From Lama glama (Eukaryota): DNA of 64,000 nt. The stretch is taken from NCBI GenBank assembly GCA_028534125.1, contig CM052816.1, forward strand, positions 8,682,001 through 8,746,000, written 5' to 3'. Both the position numbers and the translations under genes were made by a program. Of the stretch, positions 52,001 to 64,000 are shown one piece after another (positions within the stretch are counted from its first letter, which is position 1; each line of letters starts with the position of its first letter). The notes under the pieces are model-generated. The model saw only the letters and a list, made by a program, of their open reading frames with translations. It did not search any database and was not told the DNA's origin.

Positions 52001-53699
52001 TTCTAAAAGTTATTTAGACTAGTAAGTCCCAAAGTATGGCATTTCAAAAGCTTACAAAATATGGGGAGAAAAAAAGGCAGACATAAAGCATCAACTTCTA
52101 ATTTTGCCAAACAAGGACATCAATAAAACCACCATCCACCATTAGGACCATTTTATAAAAGGACACTTTAACAACACACATGTAGGAAGATATAATCTCA
52201 GAATAAAGTATAATTTGAAATTAGATAAATTAAAGAAAAAAAGCATTATACTGCAGTTTTGTAGTATTTCATGGGAAAACTTTGTTAGACTTGTCCACTG
52301 TCCACACACGGACCTCTGGGAAGCCCTAATCTAGTCCACACCATGCACATAGCCCACTGTTACCCTCAGCCCCCAGTTGAGCATATATATCCTCACTACA
52401 TCCAAAAAAAAAAAAAATCCCTTTAAATGTATACCCCATGGAGAATTTCTTAGGCTGAGGAATCCATTAAAATTTGGATGGCTGTGGTAGAAAATCAGCA
52501 GAATAGAAGCTATCTCTGGGAACTTATAAACTTCAAGAGGATTACACTTGACTTTTTTTTTTAAAGAACAAAATTTAACAGCAGAGAATTTGAAGTAAGC
52601 CAGACATGCTTTCGAGTCACCAAAGGAGAATGTCTAACAGTGCTGACTTGTAAGTCAGGCAGCCTGGGTTTTGATAGTGCCTCAAAATTTCAAACCTTCA
52701 AGCTAAATCTTAGAGCAATTCTCTTTTCCTGTTTTCAAATTCAAGACTTTTAGGTTAGAGCTTTATGAATACAAACATTTAAGTTAAAAATAGAGTAGTA
52801 ACATAAAGGAATTCTAGTTATCTTCCAGGATGAACCCCATTACTATCTGATCAGCTTTCAGTGGCAGTTAAGCCTGTAGGTTTTTTTCTGTTTCAGTGAA
52901 ATTATTTTATTTGGGGTGGATTTTTTATTTAAACTTTGACTACTGAGGCTGTGACTTATTCATCAGGGTTTGATTCATATTGCAGGTGACGATGAATACG
53001 GAGCTTCCTTTTGTGATCATCATTACTAAGCCCAACTTTTCCAGGTGAAATTTTGTAAACCAAAATGTGGTCAAGATTTGACTCTTTAATCAATTTTTAG
53101 TAAAAAAAAAATTTACTGTGTAAAGTTTTAAACGTTGTCATTTTTATTTTGTAATAGTTGTTTCTACTCTTACGTTTTTAGGGTCAAAACTGCAGTTTTC
53201 AACACTACTAAGATAGGATTTTTCAAGGATTTTTTGGGGGGGAGGATAACAACTTTCATTATGTGCAGTTTTTTCACGACTGTAGGCCTTATTTCCTGTT
53301 GACTATATATATGCGCCACTAACATTATAACTCGGATATTGTTTTCTTTGGGGATCAAGTATCATCAGTAGGGACACAACACAAAGACAGAGCAACAGGG
53401 TTAATTCCTGCTTTCCCTCTTTTCCCCTCCTGTAGAAAGAGGGACCCTAGCACTCCATAAAGCGCAGAACTCTAAAATTAAGACTAAGTAACTAGACTCC
53501 GCTTAAAACAGGGGGCCCTAAACAAACGCAGCCCACATAGGACTGCTTTTCGTTTTCTCTCCACCAGAGGCGACAGCCTCGTTCAAAACAGAAATGGGCT
53601 GTAATAGGCCGGTTGGGGGAGTCGCCCAGTAAAGATCAAAATGTTAAAAACCGCCTCAAACAAAGAGCAAAGGTCAATACCCGACTCCCAAGGAGGCCT

Positions 53700-54100
53700 G
53701 ACGCTTCCAACCTCCACGAAAAATGAAGGTGACTCCTCCCTAACATGCTCTCGAGGCCTGAGGCCGCGCAGCCTCTCGGAAACCGGACCGGTCTGAAGTG
53801 ACTAACAGGTAGTTAACCGCGGTACAACCGACGACCGGAAGTGGAAATGAGCCCGGGGCGGGGGTGAGGAGAGGCCACCGCACGCCTGTGCAGTCCGCAG
53901 GGTTACAGTACGCATGCGCATTTGGGCGGTGACGGGGTGACGCTCGGAGCGTGGGCCGCGACTCTCACGGATCCGGTTCCGCCCTCCCTGTTGCTGTCGA
54001 CCCTCCGGGGCTAGCGCCCGCGATCCTTTTCCCAGAGTGCTCTGCGCCGTGAAGAAGCGGCTCCCGGGGACTGGGGGCATTTTGTGTTGGCTGGAGCCGG
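53700..54100 (+). promoter_or_regulatory. CSNK1A1: CSNK1A1 CpG-island, TATA-less housekeeping promoter
   Basis: ETS/GABPA ACCGGAAGTG 53834-53843, GC box GGGGCGGGG 53855-53863, NRF1-type CGCATGCGCA 53911-53920, CRE half-sites TGACG at 53930 and 53938, YY1 CAAGATGGCGGC just downstream at 54106-54117. Confidence 0.88.
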
Positions 54101-54501
54101 AGTAACAAGATGGCGGCGTCGGCGGAGTGACAGGGGTCTCTCCGGGCGGGAGCCGGCGGCAGTGGTGGCAGCGGTATCGCCGCCCTAACTCACCGCGCCT
54201 CTTTTCCAGCCCGCGACGTCGCCGCGAAAACGAGGCAGCGGCGTCCGCCGAGAAAGAAGTGGCCTAGACTGGTAACCGTCAGAACCCCCTCAACAATCTG
54301 CGGCCTGGCAAAAAGAAACCTGACAGCGGCGGTGATCAGGTTCCGTTTGGCCGATCCTGGTCCCTGTAGCGCCGAGAAAGCCAACGTTTTCCATTTCCGG
54401 CCGCCCTCAGCAGCCTTGCTCGGTGGACGAGCTCTAGCGGCCTTCGTCCTCCCCTTAGAGGTGTCGGGGCTTAGCCCCAGCCTCCATCTTCGTCTCTCAG
54501 G

Positions 54502-54624
54502 ATGGCGAGCAGCAGCGGCTCCAAGGCCGAATTCATTGTCGGAGGGAAATATAAACTGGTACGGAAGATCGGGTCTGGCTCCTTCGGGGACATTTACCTG
54601 GCGATCAACATCACCAACGGCGAG
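54502..54624 (+). CDS. CSNK1A1: Casein kinase I alpha, coding exon 1
   Basis: [41 protein letters not shown], the CK1-alpha N-terminus with the glycine-rich loop GSGSFG. 123 nt, donor GAG|GTAACC. Confidence 0.98.
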
Positions 54625-55256
54625 GTAACCACCTGGGGTGGGGTTCACGACAACGCCGCGCCTGTCCTCACCGCCCCTCACCCCCATCCCCAAACTGTTC
54701 GGGCCTTTTCCCACCGCACGCATGCACCCAGAAGTCCAGAGGGAGCCAGTTTTCCTGGCTTAGGAACCTCCTCCCCTCTCTTTCCCTTTTAGGGAAAGAA
54801 TCCGAGAGAAAGGTTGGGTATACTGTGAAGTTTCCCAGCTTGTTAAAAATATACCTTAATCGAACTTTTTAAACCGTCGTTTAAGGTGGGGACGGCAAAA
54901 TCCTATTTCTCTGATCCCAGTGTTTTTCTTTATATATTCTTTAATTCTACTGGGGTTTTTGTTTCAGTTAGGGCAGCTTCCGATCGCCTGGCTCCTTCAT
55001 TAACCTCTCATTACGTTTTCTGGATGAATCCTTTTCCTGCATTTTAGAGGACGTGCCGCTTTCGTCACTACCCCCTGAAGAGGACTTTGAGGCTGGTTGC
55101 TTCGTTTTATAATTACAAAGAGACCTTTCTCTTCCCAGCCTCTCGCTTCCACCTTATAGTCGCGAGTAGGAGCTTCACTAATGTCTCCCCCTCCTTTCCC
55201 AAGTGACATTGAATCCATAGGGATGTTGATGCCATCATCCCCTCTTTCCCCTGCAG

Positions 55257-55363
55257 GAAGTGGCAGTGAAGCTAGAATCTCAGAAGGCCAGGCATCCCCA
55301 GTTGCTGTACGAGAGCAAACTCTATAAGATTCTTCAAGGTGGGGTCGGCATCCCCCACATACG
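55257..55363 (+). CDS. CSNK1A1: Casein kinase I alpha, coding exon 2; intron 2 runs past the window end
   Basis: 107 nt, [35 protein letters not shown](R), with the VAVK catalytic lysine. ctgcAG acceptor, ACG|GTAAGA donor. Confidence 0.98.
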
Positions 55364-58300
55364 GTAAGAATCCATAAGCAAATTGACGATCCTCTGAGGG
55401 AAGTGGGGGAGATGTGTAAGAGGCCGCTAATACGACCAGCTCAATCGGCTCTTGACATTTGAGTTAACCTGGGTTTCCTAAGAACCGTAAGTCATCACAA
55501 TCAGAGTAAATTTTGGTTTGCCAACTTAGTTTAGAATTTCAGTTTGTTACTTTCTCCTCCATTTAGCGTCCATCATTCTTCCTGAGGTTTTCATTTGCAG
55601 TTTAGTGTGCGGGTCATCTTTGATCCCAACGCGGAAGCGTTGCCCGCGGCTTGTTTTACGTGGACACCTCTGATGTTCTTGGTTTTGTCCAGTGAAGTGG
55701 ATTTGAAGGTGCCGAAGTGACCGGGCTCGGCCAGTTCGGGTTGCTATTGGAGCTGGCTTGGGAAATGGCTGCTCTTTTGTTGTGTTTTTGTTCCAACATG
55801 TCTTCCTCCTCCGCTTAGAAAATGGCGGAACGACGTGACTCAACCACATATTCCTACCCTTTTCTCTGCTTAGGTTCATAAGTTATGCTTCTTTGATTCC
55901 CTCTTTAGCCTTGAGTGACTGAACCTTTGAAAAGCCAAGAATAAAGCTGCAGGCAGCGGTGGGGTTCAAGGATGGAGATGGCATAATGACAGTCTGTGAT
56001 CTCTGCAGCAGATGCGATGTGAAATTAAGTTATACTATGCAAAATACTTCATAGTCCTTTCAAAAGTGTTACTCTTTTGAGAATAATAATATTGGCTACT
56101 TTTCAGTCTGTACTAAATTTTTATAGGTAATGGCAAAGGCAGTTGGAGCAGCACTATTTTGAAATTGATACTCAGTTGTATTAAAAGAGAACTTAATCAT
56201 GTAACCACAGTTTGATCTGTAACTTTAACCTGTTGAGTTAACTTCCTCAGTAACTGCTCACATTTAGAATATTGAGGCCTCTTTTGGAGATGGGACATTG
56301 GTGAAGGCAAATAGTAACAGTAATGAGAATAAAAGATGACCAGATGAAGACATTGGGTTCTTTTAAATGATTAAAGGATTTTTAGAATAGTTTGACTTTT
56401 GAGATTGAAGAGTCTCTTCCTAAAATAGACTAAAATATAGTTGGAAACCCAGCCATTTTCCAACAATTAATCAAAAATAAATTTTGCAAAAAGATGCAGA
56501 GACAGTTGAGAATTAACTGGAATGGTATTTACTGTAGCTTATTCCTGCCTCTGTTCCTCAAATCTTGAATTATGGACTGGATTATATTACGTTAATTCTG
56601 ATGTGAAAAAAACCAAAGTAACACTATTCTTAAAAAATTTCCAATGCTCATAGACGTTTTTAATGAAGAAGTTAAATAATACATCTTTTATTGGTTGGAA
56701 GTGATAACAAATTATTTGAAAGGAAATTCCAGGTGTATCCCATGAGGTAAAAACTAACGTGAATTCTGAGATGATCCAATTTGATTTTTAATGATTTTTC
56801 ATCCCTTAAGAGAAAAAACTGCTGTGTGGGAAATTAATTTGTGATTGTGGAAGAATGAAAATCTTGTTTAAAATATCTTGCTTTTCTCTTCACAAGATAA
56901 AAACATGTCAGTTGCATTAGTCTAAAATTAAAATTCCTTTGCGTTTAATTTCATCTCTTCACCCTGGCCACCACTGATTTGCTTTCCATCACTAGGTTTT
57001 CCTAGAATTACATGTAAATGCAATCATAAAGTATGAAGTCTTTTGTGTCTGGCTTCTCTAACTTAGCATAATGCTTTTGAGATTCATCCACGTTCAGAGG
57101 TTTTCTAAATTTCACTGATCAGATTGAATTTAATATATCTGAAATCATTTCAAAAAGCATTAACCATCTGGCATTTTCACTGCTAAACCCAAATTAAATA
57201 CACGCACCTTTATCTGGTAGATTTTATTTAAGGGCAACTGATATACACCAACAGAGGGTAGCAATAGTTAATATACTGTATAAGCACATATATTAATGAA
57301 ATTAACTTGTGAGCAAAATTGTAAAATATTAAATGCAGAGAGTTGTGGTTTTAAGCTGTGGGTGGAGCTAAGAAGAGATTAACCTGACTGTCTAGTTAAG
57401 GCTTCTAGGGAGAGGAGATGGGATTTCAGGATCTGGCTCTAAGGAAGATAGCTTGGTGAACTGGTTGGGGAAGACATCCAGGAGTAGAATGTGGCTTCTG
57501 GGAGTAGTCTCCAAGACAGAATGTAGTAATTGGATAAAGGTGGGGGAAAAGTAAATTTGTTTTAGGAGTGGTATAGTCCCAGGACGAAACAAAGGTGGGT
57601 CATTGGTATTAAAATAAAGTGTGAGAATTGTTTTTCCGCTGAAGTAGAGAAAATAAAAAAGACTTGTAAAAGCTCTCTTTATTTGAGGTAGTAACATCTT
57701 CCTCTCAGCTCAGTTTGTTCCTCACTATTTCCACATCAACTATATACAGTATACACTCAATAAACATTTACTTGGTAAGCATTGCATAAAATTGACTCTT
57801 TAGTTAGATTAAATAAGGCAGTGTATTACCCAGAGCGTTGGAAATGTTGACAGTAAATTTAAAGTTTTAGATTTTGCTGTATGTACGCCTCATATCCACC
57901 TCCTCCCCCAATCAACCCTCCCTACCACCATTTTCTTAAAGATACTATGAGATACCTGAAAACAATGGCTGAAAATTACCTGGCATGTGTAGCATACCTC
58001 CCATATCAGATCCTTAGTAAATGAGGACCTTACTAAGGGATCTGTTGTTACACAGAAGCGTAGCATCCAGTGTAAAGAGCAAGAATGAGAGGATGGCATT
58101 CAGTCTCTTGATATTTTTAAGAAACTAAAAGACCTTAGGCCTTGTGAATTAACATCTGGGAGCTCTTTTAAAATTTCTATTACAACCCTCCCTTTCTTTG
58201 TGTCACTTTGAAGTGAATTAAATTGTTCTCTAAAGAAGCATTTCTGTTATAACCAAGCTCTAAATCTGCCATGTGGTTTTGACTATGTGATCTGGGGTCA

Positions 58301-60899
58301 GTCAGCCCCTTAACCTCTTTGGGCATATCAGTTTCCTTATCTTTGAAATAAAAAGAGGATTTTACCAAGTTGGTAATTTTCTAATTTTATTGGAGTAGGA
58401 AAGGAGAATGCTGGACAGAAAAGTTTAGGATTTCCTTTTCTTCTGCTGGAAAAAGTTTCGCATGCTGAGCTTTTGGGTAGGATTTTGTTTGATCAAGTTT
58501 CCCTAGTTACATAAGTCACTGGCCTCGTTGATCTTAGAACTTCCAGCTTTGAATCTTAAGATTTGTTTTCAGATGATCGTAGCTAGAAAGTATTTCATCA
58601 TAGTTTGATGTTTTGTCTAGATCTTACTGTTGAATGTTATTTTAGTAGTGAGATACCACTCAGGACCTTAAAAATGCTGTCTCCAATGGATAAATGGGCT
58701 ACCAGTTAGGAGGAAGTAAATTAATGGAATATATTTTTAGAGGAAAACATGAATAAAGAAGATGAGATGGCATAGGAGAATTTTTGTTCCCTTGTTTATT
58801 TAACCACTTTTTCTTTTTTGCCCTGTCTGAAGGTCAAATATTCTAGGAGATAAAAAGTACTAGTTAATCCTTACTCTTCAGTGTTAAAAGCAGCTTAAAT
58901 TTTAATCTTACCTTTTGGCACTGAGCGTATATCCTGTAAATTAAGTTCTCATGCTGTTATCAGAGAAGAAAGATGACATCTACATTAGGTATGTTGTTAT
59001 TTGAGAGGTAATATTACAGATCATTGGATACATGAGAAACACGATTTTAATTCATAGAGCATACTAAAGGTACTTATTTTGTCTTGTGCAGGATTTCTAG
59101 TAATGTAATAATGTGATGGTGTTTAGATAGCATTTTGAGCTTTGTGAAACCTGAGAGATGACAGCCCAACACCTCATGATACAAATTAGACTATTAAGTG
59201 TCAGAGGAGTTTCTAGAAGTCTCCTAACTCCCAATTTTCCTGTGAGCCATTTTCACCTTTATGTCAAGGTCAAATTATGTCTACTCACATACCCTACAGC
59301 TTTTTATTTGATATTGCAGAGCCATATTTTGCCTCCTTTACTTTTATGGCATTTGGTGTCATACAAAGAAACTGATCCTTGTAAGTAAGCTATTGTTTGT
59401 ATTATATTTAATTAGATGCTTATAATTCTTACTCTCCCTTTTGAATCCATGGATTGCCGGATGAGAACTTTTGTTGGACATTATTTGTGTTTAAAATTGA
59501 GTAAATACTTGTAAACCATTCTATATAGTGCATGGATTTTACTATCTTGGCATTGGTCATTTTTATAGCTAGGTCTTTTTGTTTCAGAGAATACTTAAGC
59601 TATACCTAAAGTCTCTTTTAGTAAGGCTTTCTCATGATAGGTCATACTTAGTAAGGAAATTTAATGTCAAGAGGTCTATACAAGAGAAAACTAGAATTTG
59701 AAGCAAATGTTATAAATTTAATTAAGCTTATTCTGTTATATTCTTAACATCAGCCCTTGAGTTTTAACAAATTTTCTTGAGTTAAATGAGTACCTTAATA
59801 GCTTTCATAGTATAAATGAATACTTAGTTTAAATGATGCTTTTTGTCACTGTTTTTGTTTCCAGTACAATTTCAGGTGGCTCTTGAAATTGTGAATGACT
59901 AGAAATAACATTCTGAATGACTAGTACATTAACAGAGGCTGATGCCTGTCTTAATGGGATTTTTTTTATGAGATGTAATTTTCATACAGTAGAGTATATA
60001 GATCAATGTGCCATTGAATCAGTTTTGACAAATGGGTTCACTGGTGTAACTCACACTCCCTGTTGACATAAAAGAATGTTTGATTTTTTTTTTTTAGTGC
60101 TGCTAATCCTTGATAAGATACATTCCGTGACAGTATAGGTTTTATATATATATATGTATAAAAGTTGATCTTTTGAATCATAGTTATATATTATTTTTCT
60201 TTGATGTTGATTTGGCTGTATGTAAGACTATAAGTTAGTTCTCTTATCACCATGAACTATACTAGAACTTACCTAATAAAATGATCAGGTGAGAATGGTG
60301 AATACTCAGTGGTGATTGTTATCTTTACCTTATTTTCTTTTTTTAGAATACTGCCTTTTCCTTGTCTGAAACTCATTGCTGGGGTATGTTGTTTAATGGG
60401 GACTTTGGAAATGCTGTAGGAAAAGGTTTAGCTGGACCCTACATTCTGATCTTGAATATAAAGGGAACTCAAAAGAACATTATATTGAGAGTCAAGAATT
60501 AAAAGTTCTGTCAGTGATGTCATCTAGATTTGAACTTAGGCTGAATTCTATCAGGAATGTCAGCTTTGATTTCTTCTTTAATTTTTCAGTTTTGTTAGGT
60601 AGAATTACTACAGTTTGACTGCACATATACAATATATTGCGTATTAATACATATATACAATGTATTGCACATACTTTTTTAGTTTACATATATGTACTGA
60701 TCATTGTTTCTAAGAACAGTTTAGAGCTTTAGCTTTTAAACTGACATGATTATCAAAGTAATAAAGCCAACCACAGAAGAAGAATCAACAGAATACAGTA
60801 ATCTAATCATAAAGGACAGTCAGAGGACAGTCAGATGTGCTTACACATATTCAAGAAATCAATCATATAAGTTATAAATCATAAGTAGTTCATTTGTGT

Positions 60900-61390
60900 C
60901 TTTTTTTTTTTTTTTTTAAGATTCCATGTGGCATTTTTCTTTCTCTTTCCGGCCCACTCCACTTAGAATGACGATGTCCAGTTCCATCCATGTTGCTGCA
61001 AATGGCATCGTTTTATTTTTTAATGGCTGAGTAGTATTCCATTGCGTGTAGTATTCCATTCCATTTTTATATACACATACACATCTTCTTTATCCAGTCA
61101 TTTGCTGTGTGAACATTGAGGTGCGTGTATCCTTCTGAATTACAGTTTTCTCTGGGTATGTGCCCTGGGATGGGATTGCTGGATCACATGGTAAGTATTT
61201 TTAGTTTTTTAAGGAACCTCCATACTGTCCTCCATAGTGGTTGCACCAATCTACACTCCCATCAACAAGTGTAGGAGGATTCCCTTTTCTCCACACCCTC
61301 TCCAGCATTTATTGTTTGTAGACTTTAATGGTGGCCATTCTGGCTGGTGTGAGGTGATACCTCATTGTAGTTTTGATCTACGTTTCTCAG
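60900..61390 (-). mobile_element. L1 ORF2 C-terminal fragment, antisense in CSNK1A1 intron 2
   Basis: Reverse complement of the L1 segment seen at 16.5 kb (GTTCCATCCATGTTGCTGCAAATGGC; CCCTTTTCTCCACACCCTCTCCAGCATTT), with a poly-T at the left end. Confidence 0.88.
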
Positions 61391-63064
61391 CTTTCATTTC
61401 TAAAAGAGATTTTGTAATACAAATTAGGTCTTAAAAGGTTTTTTGTAATGCATTATATAAATTGATGGGATCGGTAGAATAAAAGATACCTCTTAACATT
61501 CTATGATGCAATGACAATTTGTTTTAACATCATTGTTGCCTTTTATTCGTAACATTGATATGTGCTTTGAAATAAGTGGGTAGTAGCTTGAATTTAGTGT
61601 AGCTAAACATTTTTTTTCCCATCTGCGTATAAGAAAAAAAAGTCAACCACTATCCAGGCATTGCACATGGTCTCATTTAATCATTGCAACAACCCAGTGA
61701 GTTGGGGTTTTATATAAAGTGTAAGTCACAATGGTTAATTTGCCTAAAGTCATACAGCTAATGTGTTATTTGCATAGGTCTTAATGTCTCTTTCAACTGT
61801 ATCAGTGGTTCTCAAACTTTGCTGCACATTGGATTCATGCAGAGAACTTTTAAAAAAAAATTGACACCTGGCTCCTAATCTCAAAATTTTGATTTAATTG
61901 GTTTTGGAGGTGTGACTTAGATACCATGAGTTATAAAATGTCCCTAGGTGATTCTGATGTGTAGCCAAGTTGAAGGACCATTGTATTGCACCATATTTCA
62001 GAGATTAATTATAGTCGTTCCTTGTCCATATCCACCGATCTCCATCTTTTCCTAGCACAACTTGATACGGCTGGATTCTTAACTTACTTACTACCTCATA
62101 TGAATTAGGAGTTGCATTCAGGAAATCCTATACCAGGAAACTTGGTATTGGTTGGGATACTGTAATCCCATACAATCAAATGCTTTGATTTCTGAAAAGT
62201 ATCTAAAACCAGTACGTGAAATCATTTTCCTGTTCATGTCTCATCTGCAGTCCTGCGAGAAAGCCTTCTAGAAACTCTTTGAGGGAAAGAACTTCCTCAT
62301 GCTGATGGAAATGTGTTTCATGTTTCTTAGCGAAGTGTTGGGTAAAAAGGTGCTAAGTATTCATAATAAGGAAATTCTGCTCATATTTTCTCTGTGTATT
62401 TACTTTTTCAAAGGAACTCTGTGGGAAGTTAAGGAACCTGCACATTTATAGAATTTTAGGAGTGCATGGTGCATGCATAGTTCCTTAGTTCTAATGGAAA
62501 TACTTATCTCTATAGTACTTAAGTGTTTCTGAAGTGAATTCAGCTGAACTGAATAGCTGGGAGCCAATTTACAAATGGAAATATGGCTGAATCAATTCAT
62601 TTAGCTTTGAACTCTGATGTAAAGATACTACCATATCATAAAATACTAATGTCCATTAATTTCACGGTAAAGCCTTGCTAATGTGGACATTTGTTAGCTT
62701 AAGTATTTATTAGCATCTCAGTGGTGAATTGGCCTTTTGAAATTCCTTTTGGTTCAAAGTTGCAGTTTTTGTACTGCAGAATTTTTTTTAAGGGAGACAA
62801 GATGGTGACACTGACTAAGCATACATAGCATATATCATATGTTTCATTTGTGCCTTCATTAAGTGTACAGTGGAGAGGTTTACAAATTAATTTTTTTAAT
62901 TGAGGCTGTTCTGTATTTCAGCTCATACGGAAGCTCCTCTGAGTAGTTACATTTCCCTGCACTGCCAGACTATTCTGTCCTTAAGGTGGCTTCTGTGGAA
63001 AGGGGAGTGTGAGACCTGATTTAAAGCTACTTTGTTTATTGGGAAGTAGCATGAAGTTTTTTTT

Positions 63065-63121
63065 GTTTGTTTGTTTTTAACATTTTTTATTGATTTATAA
63101 TCATTTTACAATGTTGTGTCA
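63065..63121 (-). mobile_element. Extremely 5'-truncated young L1 (last ~45 nt plus tail)
   Basis: Reverse complement matches 17196-17240. Flanked by ATGAAGTTTTTTTT (63051) and ATGAAGCTTTTTTT (63122). Confidence 0.85.
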
Positions 63122-64000
63122 ATGAAGCTTTTTTTTAACAGTATCTTTTATTTTTTAATTTTTCTTTGCAGCTTAAGAAACATTACCTTCTTCAGTATCA
63201 TGAAGTTTTTGTAAATTTTATTCTCAGTTCCAAATTTTCCAAATCTTTAAGACATACTAGATGTGTCTAATATGCTGTCCTTGGTAACAGTAAAATGAAA
63301 TCCTTCTTACCAGGCTGAATTTTATACCTTTATGTAAATACCATTCTTCCCTTTTTCATTCCTTTACTGTGCTGTTCACTACATATTCAGGTTAGGTTGT
63401 TTTGCTTTTGACTCTTCTCATTTGATTGGCATTTTTACAGTGAGCTCCACTTACTGAAATCCCAGAGTTCCAGTTTTTGAACCTCTGTAATGTTAATACT
63501 TTGTATCCTTCTTTAAAAAGGGAGTGTGATGTTAGCTTCTTTAAAAACTAAAGCTCTGTTTTTGGAGAATGTCTTGGTGAATTTAACATACTTTACAGTA
63601 CCTGTGTAGTACTTTCTAGAGCATAAGCAAACATTTCATTCAGTCAAATATATGTATTTGAGTGCCTGCCTACTATATACCACGTGGTTTTAGATACTGC
63701 ACACCTTTCAGTGAATAGACAAAAATTTTGTGAGACTTAACATTCTTTTTTGAGCTTATACCATATATCTGACATATAGTTGCGAATTTGTCTCTTGCTG
63801 ACAGTTAGGAGCAAAGATGCCTAAATCTCAAACTGTGTGAGGACGTGAACATTTCCTTAATATCGTTGGGATAGTTTACTGAGTTTGAGCCCCAAACAGC
63901 ATTCTGAGCCATCCAGAGATTGCCTTGATTGGACAGGTCAGCAGGGACCCAATTAGGTCTCCCTTTGAATCTTCCTTAGTTAGCATTTCTCAAACATCAA

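Noticed and set aside
53561..53574. CTCF-like CCACCAGAGGCGAC
   Set aside because: One base short in the G-rich core; weak match.
54190..54723. 177-aa minus-strand ORF over CSNK1A1 exon 1, and plus-strand ORF 54332-54628
   Set aside because: Antisense or alternative-frame shadows of a GC-rich CpG island and coding exon, with no recognisable domain.
55219..55256. Alternative CSNK1A1 exon 2 acceptor 36 nt upstream (ccatAG)
   Set aside because: No pyrimidine tract, and it would read GGA TGT TGA (stop).
1..64000. CRISPR arrays, operons or other prokaryote-type systems
   Set aside because: The sequence is mammalian with spliceosomal introns and has no repeat-spacer arrays.

Overview
Mammalian genomic DNA, most likely a camelid: it has tRNA-Ala-derived Vic-1-like SINEs and young L1 3' ends, and I recognised no Alu, Bov-tA/BovB or PRE-1. 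Two genes are arranged head-to-head. ARHGEF37 (Rho GEF, DH-BAR-SH3) is on the minus strand, with a probable non-coding first exon in a CpG island near 37.6 kb and eight coding exons between 22881 and 2325 that splice into an intact 445-codon frame; its 3' exons lie left of the window. CSNK1A1 (casein kinase 1 alpha) is on the plus strand, with a CpG-island promoter near 53.7-54.1 kb, coding exons 1-2 and part of intron 2. The rest is intronic or intergenic DNA rich in L1, L2, MIR, LTR and DNA-transposon relics and microsatellites, with one 500-N assembly gap. I found no convincing novel protein-coding system. The best leads are an old U6 snRNA/L1 chimeric retrocopy in a nested TE stack, two candidate in-frame 25-aa N-terminal extensions of ARHGEF37, a strong-context uORF plus latent 5'UTR intron in CSNK1A1, a candidate poison exon with tandem RBFOX motifs, a recursive-splice-type exon start, a dense bZIP motif cluster, a perfect 32-bp palindrome and an unexplained 54-bp dispersed duplication. 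Repeat family names come from recall of consensus sequences and need RepeatMasker/Dfam confirmation.
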